Shown here one piece after another: positions 22,415 through 36,852 of a DNA stretch of 64,000 nucleotides. The notes beneath the pieces are model-generated. The model was not told the origin of the DNA and did no database searches. It worked only from the letters and a program-made list of their open reading frames with translations. The stretch's first letter is position 1. The number at the start of each line of letters is the position of its first letter. The DNA lies in assembly GCA_965202585.1 (NCBI GenBank), contig OZ241832.1:54374001-54438000 (forward strand). The letters run 5' to 3'. This DNA is from Thalia democratica. Its lineage: Eukaryota. A program made the position numbers and the translations under genes.

Positions 22415-25400
22415 GTTGAATGAAAATTAAAGCGACCAAAACCTTACTTGCAAGAGTTACTGACTGTGACGAATTGACTGTTGAGCAGTTATGTTTTGCA
22501 AGGTACCTTTTACTTCTTAATACAAGCATTATCACGTTTGTTTAAGACACATATGCTTATAAAAACTTAGTTGTCTTATTACGAATGTTGAAAAAGTTCC
22601 AGTAAGAAAGAAACCATATCTAACTTGTTCTGAAAGTAACTTTTTTTAAAACATTAGTTTGAAAAGTCCAGAAATAACAGCCTGTATCTTACAGCACACC
22701 TCTAAATATATTAAGAAAAACATAAATGAAAAAAAAACATGTTAGCACACTTCCGACTGAATTTTCCTTTGCCGCTCGCCTAAAGTAATAAAATTTTAAC
22801 AAAGCACAAGGTTTTTTTACCTCAAACTTAAACAAAGTTTCATTATTTCGATTTCATGGAGTTTTGTAAATCGTAAGTTCTATCAAGTGTGTTCAAGTTA
22901 ATTACATTTTAAACTAATGTGTTAAAAGTAATTCCAAAAAATAAAAGCGTTCATTTTGTTTAGCTTTACTAGTTATGATTACTCAAAATATACTCATAAG
23001 CAATATACTCAAAACTTTTATTAAAATTTTTTTTTTTATTAAACTATTTTTTTTATGTTGCACATACTAGTAACTTACCTTACAACAATGTTTTCCAAAC
23101 AACCTTTCAAAAACGTACAGTAACTATGATCATACTTGTTTGAAAATTATAAACTACTTTTAAACAAAATTTTTCGGTGTATATGAAAAACTAGTTTAAC
23201 AAGTAAGTAGTTCAACATTAAATTAGCATTTCAAACAACTGATTCAAGCTGTTATACAGTTTAAAAAATACCGATGCAATTTTGCTCGTTACACTTAAAC
23301 CTTGATCAAACTAAGAACTTATTCTTTGCAGATTTCAACCGAACAAAGTGTGCTGATAAAAGTGAACAAATGGATTTGGTTGTAAATTTTTCAAACAAAA
23401 TAAAGTCAATTAGATTCAAAGAAATAAATAAGTCGAAAAAGCTTATGAAAACTAGCACTGAATATGAACTTAAACAAAAGTTGATATTTTTTGGACGAAA
23501 AATTTTACGTAAAAAAAGAGGTTGGTTTATTTTTTAAGCAGTATTAAGATACAAAGGGTAGTAAACAAAATAAAAACGAGTAAAGAAATCGAAAAGAAAA
23601 GCTTTTGAAATAAGGTTGACAAACGTTAGTGTTTGAATACAGCTTTGTTTACAATCAGAACTCATAAGCTTTCAAATTATCTTTAAAAAATAATGCAATT
23701 AAGCTTTTTTTTTTCAAACTTTGTTTTGTCACTTCTCATAAATTTAAAGTTAATCGAAACAACATAGAACAACTTATTACTTTCTTGACACATATTTTGA
23801 AACAACAACAGTACTGTTTATTAAAGTTTACGATTGAAGTGTTTACCAAGTTAAACATGTGTTTAATTCAGTTTAAGTTGCTTTACTGCTAAAACTAGTT
23901 TCTTAGTTTACTCAACCTAGATTAATCATAAAGTTCTGTACAATTGCTTTCATTGACTCGTTACTAGTTATCACTAACTTACTATTAATGTAGTTCAGAA
24001 CACAACTTAGGATAAGCTACATTTTATTCTCGGATGTCGTTCAGAACATAGCTGTTGTAGCAACAACATACAGATTTGAAAGAAAATCTCATTATCTTAC
24101 TCAATTATAAATTATATAAAACAAGGTCTTTGCTTGACTCAAAGCTTTATGTTTGCCTATTACGAAACTTGTACTATCATATAATAAGCTGTGAAAAAAT
24201 GAAGGCTAAAAAAGTTTTATTTTTGCTTTGTCCAAATTTTTTTTCTTCTTTAGATTTACAAAAACTGCATAGCTTAAAGCAACAAGTTACAGTAATTTTA
24301 ATTTTCTTATGTATAGCGTACAAAAGAGTTACAAATAAGTGGTAGCAAGTTTTTTACTTCTTTTCTTTGTATCATGTTTCACCTAATCATTTGGTTTATT
24401 TCGTATGCATGACAAGATAGGCAGCCTTAAACCAACCAAGTAGATGTAAGCTTAGTAAAATTAAATATTTAATTGTACAAGTTCATCATTTTATTAAAGT
24501 ATTTTGTTGTGTTAAATTGTGTACCTGGTAATAGTGTTCTCTTTCTTTTGAACAATCGATCATGTTTACATTTATGTGTTATATCAGATTTGAATTGTTA
24601 AGAATGTTTCAGTTGTAATTGAACAGTTTTTTTTTAAGGACATTAAAAATTGTTTGTTGTTAACAGCTTAAAACGTTTTCAGTTGTTAAGTCAAAGTTTT
24701 ATTTCTATTTCTGTTTAAGCGTATTATTTTCATTGAAAAATATAACTAGTTTTTACAATGACGTAGGCACAGCTTTTTTTAATAAACTAAAAAAAATGAA
24801 ATATTGAATTAAAAAAATGTCCACAAAGTAAGCATGAATAAGAATAAGTTTTATTTTGAAAAGAAAATTAAACGGAAAAAGCCTACGAAAAGGACACTCA
24901 AGTTAGTTAAAGCTTTTCACTAAGCATTCAGTAATAGTAAGCAATAAAGTAAGGATTAGGGCATCTAGCTAGAGTTCCCTTCTTAACAGCTGCACAAAAA
25001 AAGTAAAGTAGAGAAATTGTAGCAAGCTAGGTATTTAATAAATAATAGATTTATAGTTTGGAACGAAATGGTTTATGATTCTTTACCACCACAAAGTTGA
25101 TTAAGTATGTACATTTGTGTTGTTGAGTCTAGTAGTCAATAGTAGCTTGTGTAATTAATTGGTGATCCACCTAACCTTTAAATTTAAAAAGTACATAGCT
25201 TAAAACAAACAAGTATAGTCGTTTTGAGTTGTCTCAAACATAGTTTAAAAAAGAGTTACAAAAAATGGTAAAAAAGTGTTCTTTTTTTTACCTTTGAATC
25301 ATGTCGTTATTTGGCATAGCCACAGAAAAAAAAGTTCAACAAAACAAGTATGAGCTTTGTAAACAGAAAGATTATTTCAATAGTACGTTTGTTTTAAACA

Positions 25401-26895
25401 ATCACTGTTGTTTACATTAGTTTAATTGTTCAACTTTTAAACACCTTTGTACTGTTTCATTTGCATTCTGATAAATAAGACTAATACACTTTTGACAATC
25501 AAACCTCCGTTAAATTAATACCATTGAGTATTTTTAAATATCAATGTAAAGTTTTCTTCTCATTTATTATAATGTCTTACTTAAGCATAATTTTTTATTT
25601 AGTATCGTTGTTTTTTTATTAAACTAACCACAAATATCTATTGAGTGTTTGATAAACAAGTCTAAAAAGTTAATTGAACCAGAGTGAGTTTTGTTTAAAC
25701 AACACGTTAAACAAGAAGATGCCCATTGAAAAAACTTTTTTACCTAACATTTAAATAGTAGTGAAGCAGAAAAACATGTTCTACGGTTTAAGCTCATTAT
25801 CAAGAATAGTTTAAAATGAAAAGTAAAACTACAAAAACTGAAGTAAGTGTAACTAACTGGTAAAAATAAAAACAGAGAAATTCTGTTTTGAAAATTTATT
25901 TACAAGTTATTGAAGTACACTAACTTTTTTACCAACACGCACAATGTAGATATAAATTTGTACATTTTTTTGTCGCTTAGCTAGAGCTTGTTTGACATTC
26001 TTTACTCGACATTAGTAGCTGGTCAAATCAATTGGTGGTCCTGATTACTTTAGATTTGTAGAAACATGACTTTAAGCAAACTATTAGAGTTGTTTTAGGT
26101 CATCAATTTGTCTCATTTCTAATTAAAACAAGTAACTTTTACTTTGAAAACTAGCATAATAAGTACAAGCAGTTAGTCTTTTGTGTTTTACCAATAATGA
26201 GCTGGTTTGTTTTATGTGTTTATGTTTTGAATTGAAAATGTTTCTTAAACAAGGTAAACAGAAGTTAACTTTGAAAGAAGGAATATTTAATTTGAAAAAG
26301 ACATTTATTATTTTTTGTTTTGAACAATCACTTTTAATTCATTTATGCATTCTTATGTTTTCAAAATGTGTTACATGGCCTCAATTGCAATTAAATTGAT
26401 AAGAAGGAAAAACGTTTAAAAAGTTAAAGCTCGGTTGTTTTAATAATAATCAACAACAACTTAAAATGAATACTAAGTTTTTGCTTGTTATAAGTGATAT
26501 AAATTTCTGTTTAAAAAGTTTTGTAACTTATTGAATGCTTTTACAGAACTTCAACAAACGAATAAAAAAAATGTTACGTACAAAAAGTATTCAGATGAAA
26601 AATCTTACGGACAACATAATCAAGTTAGTTAAGCCTCATTTAATTACAAGTACTACTACTGTTTTGTGAATAAGACTAATGCAATGCTTTTTCTACAATA
26701 TAACGAGTTACAAATTTATTAAGTGTTTGAAACAAAAAATAGTTTGTTCATTCAAGTGTATGAGTTTTTAATTTACACGAATAAGAACTTATTTGTACTA
26801 AGCTTACATTCTTAACTGTAGCTTGTACTTTAAGTAAATACCAAAAGCTGGTTCTATTCTAATGGTGGTCCTGAAAAGGACCGGTTGTTGAGCGT

Positions 26896-27255
26896 TTATT
26901 TTGAGCTGGTGTACTTGGTAACAGCTTTAGTACCTTCTGAAACTGCGTGCTTTGACAACTCGCCGGGGAGCAAAAGCCTGACAGCAGTTTGGATTTCGCG
27001 GCTGCTAACAGTAGACCTCTTGTTGTAATGAGCCAAACGTGAAGCCTCTGCTGCAATGCGCTCGAAGATGTCGTTGACAAAAGAGTTCATGATTCCCATC
27101 GCCTTGCTGGAGATTCCGGTGTCGGGGTGCACTTGCTTCAAAACTTTGTACACGTAGATGCCAAAGCTTTCTTTGTTCCTCCTCCTTCGCTTCTTCTTGC
27201 CGTCGACCGGAGCGGTCTTGGCTACTGACTTCTTCGCGCTTTTGGTTGCTGTCAT
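26896..27255 (-). CDS. H2B: Histone H2B (U4)
   Basis: Same protein as U1. Confidence 0.98.
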   Translation of the reverse strand: MTATKSAKKSVAKTAPVDGKKKRRRRNKESFGIYVYKVLKQVHPDTGISSKAMGIMNSFVNDIFERIAAEASRLAHYNKRSTVSSREIQTAVRLLLPGELSKHAVSEGTKAVTKYTSSK

Positions 27256-27419
27256 GATGATGTGTGAACTTCAGTCTCGGCGCCGGTTTATATCCTGAAA
27301 AATTATGCAAATTAGCAGAGTTCCGTACGCGAACGATAGCTTGTTTCTCTCACTTCACAATTCTCTCGTTTGTTGTAAATACTTTTGGTGGTCCTGAAAA
27401 GGACCTGGTTTTTTTTAAC

Positions 27420-27800
27420 TTAGGCTGACTTTTTTGAAGCGGTCTTCTTAGGCAACAGTACTGCCTGGATGTTTGGAAGAACACCACCTTGAGCAATTGT
27501 GACGCCGCCGAGAAGTTTGTTCAACTCTTCGTCGTTGCGAATAGCTAGTTGCAAATGGCGAGGAATGATCCTGCTTTTCTTGTTGTCACGAGCAGCGTTA
27601 CCGGCAAGCTCGAGCACTTCTGCGCTCAAGTACTCGAGAACGGCAGCCAGATAAACTGGAGCACCAGCTCCGACTCTTTGGCTGTAGTTGCCGGTGCGCA
27701 ACAGGCGGTGCACGCGACCGACTGGAAACTGCAGTCCTGCACGGGAAGACCTGCTCTTCGGCTTAGATTTGAGTTTTGATCCTTTACCACGTCCTGACAT
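27420..27800 (-). CDS. H2A: Histone H2A (U4), start corrected
   Basis: Same protein as U1. Confidence 0.97.
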   Translation of the reverse strand: MSGRGKGSKLKSKPKSRSSRAGLQFPVGRVHRLLRTGNYSQRVGAGAPVYLAAVLEYLSAEVLELAGNAARDNKKSRIIPRHLQLAIRNDEELNKLLGGVTIAQGGVLPNIQAVLLPKKTASKKSA

Positions 27801-27982
27801 TTTGTTGTTCGAATGATTGTGATGATAGCTTGCACAGCTCAATATAAAACTCATACCTAACCGCGTCGAACGAACAACTAATTTGCATATGTCATAGCTA
27901 ATGCTAATCTTGTCAAAAATGTTGTAAAAACTTTTATATTGAATTAGGTGGTCCTAAAAAGGACCGGGTTTGCTAAAAGCGA

Positions 27983-28330
<348 letters not shown>

Positions 28331-28482
28331 TTATATACAAGCTGTTACGGACGCGTACGGTTACTATTAAACTAATTTGCATACTCAAAAAAGTCTCTTA
28401 ACTTACATCTTTTCGTTTGCTTTCTTTTTCTCACTATCAAAGTTTTAAGGTGGCCCTGAAAAGGACCGGTTTTAGCTAACGC

Positions 28483-28974
<492 letters not shown>

Positions 28975-29073
28975 CTAATTTGCATATTTTCAACTTAGCA
29001 TTGTTTATGCATTTTGAGTTGCGTTATACTTTGTTTGAGTGGTCCTAAAAAGGACCTTGGGTAAAAGAACAAC

Positions 29074-29634
29074 TTATTTTTTGCAGCTCTTCTTCTTGGA
29101 TGCTTTTTTGGCTGCCGGCTTCTTCTTGGTTACTTTCTTCTTCTTGCTTGCAGCTTTTTTAGATGCTGCCTTCTTAGGAGCGCACTTTTTAGCAGGTCGC
29201 TTTTTGGCTGCTGGTTTTTTTGCAGCCTTCTTGGGAGCACACTTCTTTTTTGGTTTTTTAACTGCGGCCTTCTTTGCTGCTGGCTTTTTAGCTACTTTTT
29301 TTGTCCTCTTCTTGGGCCCAGCAGCTGGCATTGGAGCAAGCTTGAACGAGCCAGAAGCGCCTTTTCCAGTTGTCTGGAGAAAAGCACCTTTGGTCACGCC
29401 GCTGGTAAGTGCTCTCTTCAAGTGAGAATTGGAAGCTGTGAGGTCAAGCTTGTAGGTGTCCGCGATATACTTTTGTATCTTCTGGCGGGATGTACCTTTT
29501 CGTTCCTTCATTGCTCCAAGGGCAGAGCTAATCATTTCCCTGTAAGTAGGGTGCTCTGCCTTCTTGGCGCTTGGTCTCTTGGAAGACCTGGCTGCGGCTG
29601 GCGCTGGTACTGCTGCTACTGCTGTGGTAGACAT
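29074..29634 (-). CDS. H1: Linker histone H1 (U5)
   Basis: Same protein as U1. Confidence 0.97.
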   Translation of the reverse strand: MSTTAVAAVPAPAAARSSKRPSAKKAEHPTYREMISSALGAMKERKGTSRQKIQKYIADTYKLDLTASNSHLKRALTSGVTKGAFLQTTGKGASGSFKLAPMPAAGPKKRTKKVAKKPAAKKAAVKKPKKKCAPKKAAKKPAAKKRPAKKCAPKKAASKKAASKKKKVTKKKPAAKKASKKKSCKK

Positions 29635-32600
29635 GTTGAATGAAAATTAAAGCGACCAAAACCTTACTTGCAAGAGTTACTGACTGTGACGAATTGACTG
29701 TTGAGCAGTTATGTTTTGCAAGGTACCTTTTACTTCTTAATACAAGCATTATCACGTTTGTTTAAGACACATATGCTTATAAAAACTTAGTTGTCTTATT
29801 ACGAATGTTGAAAAAGTTCCAGTAAGAAAGAAACCATATCTAACTTGTTCTGAAAGTAACTTTTTTTAAAACATTAGTTTGAAAAGTCCAGAAATAACAG
29901 CCTGTATCTTACAGCACACCTCTAAATATATTAAGAAAAACATAAATGAAAAAAAAACATGTTAGCACACTTCCGACTGAATTTTCCTTTGCCGCTCGCC
30001 TAAAGTAATAAAATTTTAACAAAGCACAAGGTTTTTTTACCTCAAACTTAAACAAAGCTTCATTATTTCGATTTCATGGAGTTTTGTAAATCGTAAGTTC
30101 TATCAAGTGTGTTCAAGTTAATTACATTTTAAACTAATGTGTTAAAAGTAATTCCAAAAAATAAAAGTGTTCATTTTGTTTAGCTTTACTAGTTATGATT
30201 ACTCAAAATATACTCATAAGCAATATACTCAAAACTTTTATTAAAATTTTTTTTTTATTAAACTGTTTTTTTTATGTTGCACATACTAGTAACTTACCTT
30301 ACAACAATGTTTTCCAAACAACCTTTCAAAAACGTACAGTAACTATGATCATACTTGTTTGAAAATTATAAACTACTTTTAAACAAAATTTTTCGGTGTA
30401 TATGAAAAACTAGTTTAACAAGTAAGTAGTTCAACATTAAATTAGCATTTCAAACAACTGATTCAAGCTGTTATACAGTTTAAAAAATACCGATGCAATT
30501 TTGCTCGTTACACTTAAACCTTGATCAAACTAAGAACTTATTCTTTGCAGATTTCAACCGAACAAAGTGTGCTGATAAAAGTGAACAAATGGATTTGGTT
30601 GTAAATTTTTCAAACAAAATAAAGTCAATTAGATTCAAAGAAATAAATAAGTCGAAAAAGCTTATGAAAACTAGCACTGAATATGAACTTAAACAAAAGT
30701 TGATATTTTTTGGACGAAAAATTTTACGTAAAAAAAGAGGTTGGTTTATTTTTTAAGCAGTATTAAGATACAAAGGGTAGTAAACAAAATAAAAACGAGT
30801 AAAGAAATCGAAAAGAAAAGCTTTTGAAATAAGGTTGACAAACGTTAGTGTTTGAATACAGCTTTGTTTACAATCAGAACTCATAAGCTTTCAAATTATC
30901 TTTAAAAAATAATGCAATTAAGCTTTTTTTTTCAAACTTTGTTTTGTCACTTCTCATAAATCTAAAGTCAGTCGAAACAACATAGAACAACTTATTACTT
31001 TCTTGACACATATTTTGAAACAACAACAGTACTGTTTATTAAAGTTTACGATTGAAGTGTTTACCAAGTTAAACATGTGTTTAATTCAGTTTAAGTTGCT
31101 TTACTGCTAAAACTAGTTTCTTAGTTTACTCAACCTAGATTAATCATAAAGTTCTGTACAATTGCTTTCATTGACTCGTTACTAGTTATCACTAACTTAC
31201 TATTAATGTAGTTCAGAACACAACTTAGGATAAGCTACATTTTATTCTCGGATGTCGTTCAGAACATAGCTGTTGTAGCAACAACATACAGATTTGAAAG
31301 AAAATCTCATTATCTTACTCAATTATAAATTATATAAAACAAGGTCTTTGCTTGACTCAAAGCTTTATGTTTGCCTATTACGAAACTTGTACTATCATAT
31401 AATAAGCTGTGAAAAAATGAAGGCTAAAAAAGTTTTATTTTTGCTTTGTCCAAATTTTTTTTCTTCTTTAGATTTACAAAAACTGCATAGCTTAAAGCAA
31501 CAAGTTACAGTAATTTTAATTTTCTTATGTATAGCGTACAAAAGAGTTACAAATAAGTGGTAGCAAGTTTTTTACTTCTTTTCTTTGTATCATGTTTCAC
31601 CTAATCATTTGGTTTATTTCGTATGCATGACAAGATAGGCAGCCTTAAACCAACCAAGTAGATGTAAGCTTAGTAAAATTAAATATTTAATTGTACAAGT
31701 TCATCATTTTATTAAAGTATTTTGTTGTGTTAAATTGTGTACCTGGTAATAGTGTTCTCTTTCTTTTGAACAATCGATCATGTTTACATTTATGTGTTAT
31801 ATCAGATTTGAATTGTTAAGAATGTTTCAGTTGTAATTGAACAGTTTTTTTTTAAGGACATTAAAAATTGTTTGTTGTTAACAGCTTAAAACGTTTTCAG
31901 TTGTTAAGTCAAAGTTTTATTTCTATTTCTGTTTAAGCGTATTATTTTCATTGAAAAATATAACTAGTTTTTACAATGACGTAGGCACAGCTTTTTTTAA
32001 TAAACTAAAAAAAATGAAATATTGAATTAAAAAAATGTCCACAAAGTAAGCATGAATAAGAATAAGTTTTATTTTGAAAAGAAAATTAAACGGAAAAAGC
32101 CTACGAAAAGGACACTCAAGTTAGTTAAAGCTTTTCACTAAGCATTCAGTAATAGTAAGCAATAAAGTAAGGATTAGGGCATCTAGCTAGAGTTCCCTTC
32201 TTAACAGCTGCACAAAAAAAGTAAAGTAGAGAAATTGTAGCAAGCTAGGTATTTAATAAATAATAGATTTATAGTTTGGAACGAAATGGTTTATGATTCT
32301 TTACCACCACAAAGTTGATTAAGTATGTACATTTGTGTTGTTGAGTCTAGTAGTCAATAGTAGCTTGTGTAATTAATTGGTGATCCACCTAACCTTTAAA
32401 TTTAAAAAGTACATAGCTTAAAACAAACAAGTATAGTCGTTTTGAGTTGTCTCAAACATAGTTTAAAAAAGAGTTACAAAAAATGGTAAAAAAGTGTTCT
32501 TTTTTTTACCTTTGAATCATGTCGTTATTTGGCATAGCCACAGAAAAAAAAGTTCAACAAAACAAGTATGAGCTTTGTAAACAGAAAGATTATTTCAATA

Positions 32601-34113
32601 GTACGTTTGTTTTAAACAATCACTGTTGTTTACATTAGTTTAATTGTTCAACTTTTAAACACCTTTGTACTGTTTCATTTGCATTCTGATAAATAAGACT
32701 AATACACTTTTGACAATCAAACCTCCGTTAAATTAATACCATTGAGTATTTTTAAATATCAATGTAAAGTTTTCTTCTCATTTATTATAATGTCTTACTT
32801 AAGCATAATTTTTTATTTAGTATCGTTGTTTTTTTATTAAACTAACCACAAATATCTATTGAGTGTTTGATAAACAAGTCTAAAAAGTTAATTGAACCAG
32901 AGTGAGTTTTGTTTAAACAACACGTTAAACAAGAAGATGCCCATTGAAAAAACTTTTTTACCTAACATTTAAATAGTAGTGAAGCAGAAAAACATGTTCT
33001 ACGGTTTAAGCTCATTATCAAGAATAGTTTAAAATGAAAAGTAAAACTACAAAAACTGAAGTAAGTGTAACTAACTGGTAAAAATAAAAACAGAGAAATT
33101 CTGTTTTGAAAATTTATTTACAAGTTATTGAAGTACACTAACTTTTTTACCAACACGCACAATGTAGATATAAATTTGTACATTTTTTTGTCGCTTAGCT
33201 AGAGCTTGTTTGACATTCTTTACTCGACATTAGTAGCTGGTCAAATCAATTGGTGGTCCTGATTACTTTAGATTTGTAGAAACATGACTTTAAGCAAACT
33301 ATTAGAGTTGTTTTAGGTCATCAATTTGTCTCATTTCTAATTAAAACAAGTAACTTTTACTTTGAAAACTAGCATAATAAGTACAAGCAGTTAATCTTTT
33401 GTGTTTTACCAATAATGAGCTGGTTTGTTTTATGTGTTTATGTTTTGAATTGAAAATGTTTCTTAAACAAGGTAAACAGAAGTTAACTTTGAAAGAAGGA
33501 ATATTTAATTTGAAAAAGACATTTATTATTTTTTGTTTTGAACAATCACTTTTAATTCATTTATGCATTCTTATGTTTTCAAAATGTGTTACATGGCCTC
33601 AATTGCAATTAAATTGATAAGAAGGAAAAACGTTTAAAAAGTTAAAGCTCGGTTGTTTTAATAATAATCAACAACAACTTAAAATGAATACTAAGTTTTT
33701 GCTTGTTATAAGTGATATAAATTTCTGTTTAAAAAGTTTTGTAACTTATTGAATGCTTTTACAGAACTTCAACAAACGAATAAAAAAAATGTTACGTACA
33801 AAAAGTATTCAGATGAAAAATCTTACGGACAACATAATCAAGTTAGTTAAGCCTCATTTAATTACAAGTACTACTACTGTTTTGTGAATAAGACTAATGC
33901 AATGCTTTTTCTACAATATAACGAGTTACAAATTTATTAAGTGTTTGAAACAAAAAATAGTTTGTTCATTCAAGTGTATGAGTTTTTAATTTACACGAAT
34001 AAGAACTTATTTGTACTAAGCTTACATTCTTAACTGTAGCTTGTACTTTAAGTAAATACCAAAAGCTGGTTCTATTCTAATGGTGGTCCTGAAAAGGACC
34101 GGTTGTTGAGCGT

Positions 34114-34473
34114 TTATTTTGAGCTGGTGTACTTGGTAACAGCTTTAGTACCTTCTGAAACTGCGTGCTTTGACAACTCGCCGGGGAGCAAAAGCCTGAC
34201 AGCAGTTTGGATTTCGCGGCTGCTAACAGTAGACCTCTTGTTGTAATGAGCCAAACGTGAAGCCTCTGCTGCAATGCGCTCGAAGATGTCGTTGACAAAA
34301 GAGTTCATGATTCCCATCGCCTTGCTGGAGATTCCGGTGTCGGGGTGCACTTGCTTCAAAACTTTGTACACGTAGATGCCAAAGCTTTCTTTGTTCCTCC
34401 TCCTTCGCTTCTTCTTGCCGTCGACCGGAGCGGTCTTGGCTACTGACTTCTTCGCGCTTTTGGTTGCTGTCAT
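34114..34473 (-). CDS. H2B: Histone H2B (U5)
   Basis: Same protein as U1. Confidence 0.98.
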   Translation of the reverse strand: MTATKSAKKSVAKTAPVDGKKKRRRRNKESFGIYVYKVLKQVHPDTGISSKAMGIMNSFVNDIFERIAAEASRLAHYNKRSTVSSREIQTAVRLLLPGELSKHAVSEGTKAVTKYTSSK

Positions 34474-34637
34474 GATGATGTGTGAACTTCAGTCTCGGCG
34501 CCGGTTTATATCCTGAAAAATTATGCAAATTAGCAGAGTTCCGTACGCGAACGATAGCTTGTTTCTCTCACTTCACAATTCTCTCGTTTGTTGTAAATAC
34601 TTTTGGTGGTCCTGAAAAGGACCTGGTTTTTTTTAAC

Positions 34638-35018
34638 TTAGGCTGACTTTTTTGAAGCGGTCTTCTTAGGCAACAGTACTGCCTGGATGTTTGGAAGAAC
34701 ACCACCTTGAGCAATTGTGACGCCGCCGAGAAGTTTGTTCAACTCTTCGTCGTTGCGAATAGCTAGTTGCAAATGGCGAGGAATGATCCTGCTTTTCTTG
34801 TTGTCACGAGCAGCGTTACCGGCAAGCTCGAGCACTTCTGCGCTCAAGTACTCGAGAACGGCAGCCAGATAAACTGGAGCACCAGCTCCGACTCTTTGGC
34901 TGTAGTTGCCGGTGCGCAACAGGCGGTGCACGCGACCGACTGGAAACTGCAGTCCTGCACGGGAAGACCTGCTCTTCGGCTTAGATTTGAGTTTTGATCC
35001 TTTACCACGTCCTGACAT
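34638..35018 (-). CDS. H2A: Histone H2A (U5), start corrected
   Basis: Same protein as U1. Confidence 0.97.
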   Translation of the reverse strand: MSGRGKGSKLKSKPKSRSSRAGLQFPVGRVHRLLRTGNYSQRVGAGAPVYLAAVLEYLSAEVLELAGNAARDNKKSRIIPRHLQLAIRNDEELNKLLGGVTIAQGGVLPNIQAVLLPKKTASKKSA

Positions 35019-35200
35019 TTTGTTGTTCGAATGATTGTGATGATAGCTTGCACAGCTCAATATAAAACTCATACCTAACCGCGTCGAACGAACAACTAAT
35101 TTGCATATGTCATAGCTAATGCTAATCTTGTCAAAAATGTTGTAAAAACTTTTATATTGAATTAGGTGGTCCTAAAAAGGACCGGGTTTGCTAAAAGCGA

Positions 35201-35548
<348 letters not shown>

Positions 35549-35700
35549 TTATATACAAGCTGTTACGGACGCGTACGGTTACTATTAAACTAATTTGCAT
35601 ACTCAAAAAAGTCTCTTAACTTACATCTTTTCGTTTGCTTTCTTTTTCTCACTATCAAAGTTTTAAGGTGGCCCTGAAAAGGACCGGTTTTAGCTAACGC

Positions 35701-36192
<492 letters not shown>

Positions 36193-36291
36193 CTAATTTG
36201 CATATTTTCAACTTAGCATTGTTTATGCATTTTGAGTTGCGTTATACTTTGTTTGAGTGGTCCTAAAAAGGACCTTGGGTAAAAGAACAAC

Positions 36292-36852
36292 TTATTTTTT
36301 GCAGCTCTTCTTCTTGGATGCTTTTTTGGCTGCCGGCTTCTTCTTGGTTACTTTCTTCTTCTTGCTTGCAGCTTTTTTAGATGCTGCCTTCTTAGGAGCG
36401 CACTTTTTAGCAGGTCGCTTTTTGGCTGCTGGTTTTTTTGCAGCCTTCTTGGGAGCACACTTCTTTTTTGGTTTTTTAACTGCGGCCTTCTTTGCTGCTG
36501 GCTTTTTAGCTACTTTTTTTGTCCTCTTCTTGGGCCCAGCAGCTGGCATTGGAGCAAGCTTGAACGAGCCAGAAGCGCCTTTTCCAGTTGTCTGGAGAAA
36601 AGCACCTTTGGTCACGCCGCTGGTAAGTGCTCTCTTCAAGTGAGAATTGGAAGCTGTGAGGTCCAGCTTGTAGGTGTCCGCGATATACTTTTGTATCTTC
36701 TGGCGGGATGTACCTTTTCGTTCCTTCATTGCTCCAAGGGCAGAGCTAATCATTTCCCTGTAAGTAGGGTGCTCTGCCTTCTTGGCGCTTGGTCTCTTGG
36801 AAGACCTGGCTGCGGCTGGCGCTGGTACTGCTGCTACTGCTGTGGTAGACAT
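36292..36852 (-). CDS. H1: Linker histone H1 (U6)
   Basis: Same protein. Carries the synonymous CTG allele (36664) shared with U1. Confidence 0.97.
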   Translation of the reverse strand: MSTTAVAAVPAPAAARSSKRPSAKKAEHPTYREMISSALGAMKERKGTSRQKIQKYIADTYKLDLTASNSHLKRALTSGVTKGAFLQTTGKGASGSFKLAPMPAAGPKKRTKKVAKKPAAKKAAVKKPKKKCAPKKAAKKPAAKKRPAKKCAPKKAASKKAASKKKKVTKKKPAAKKASKKKSCKK

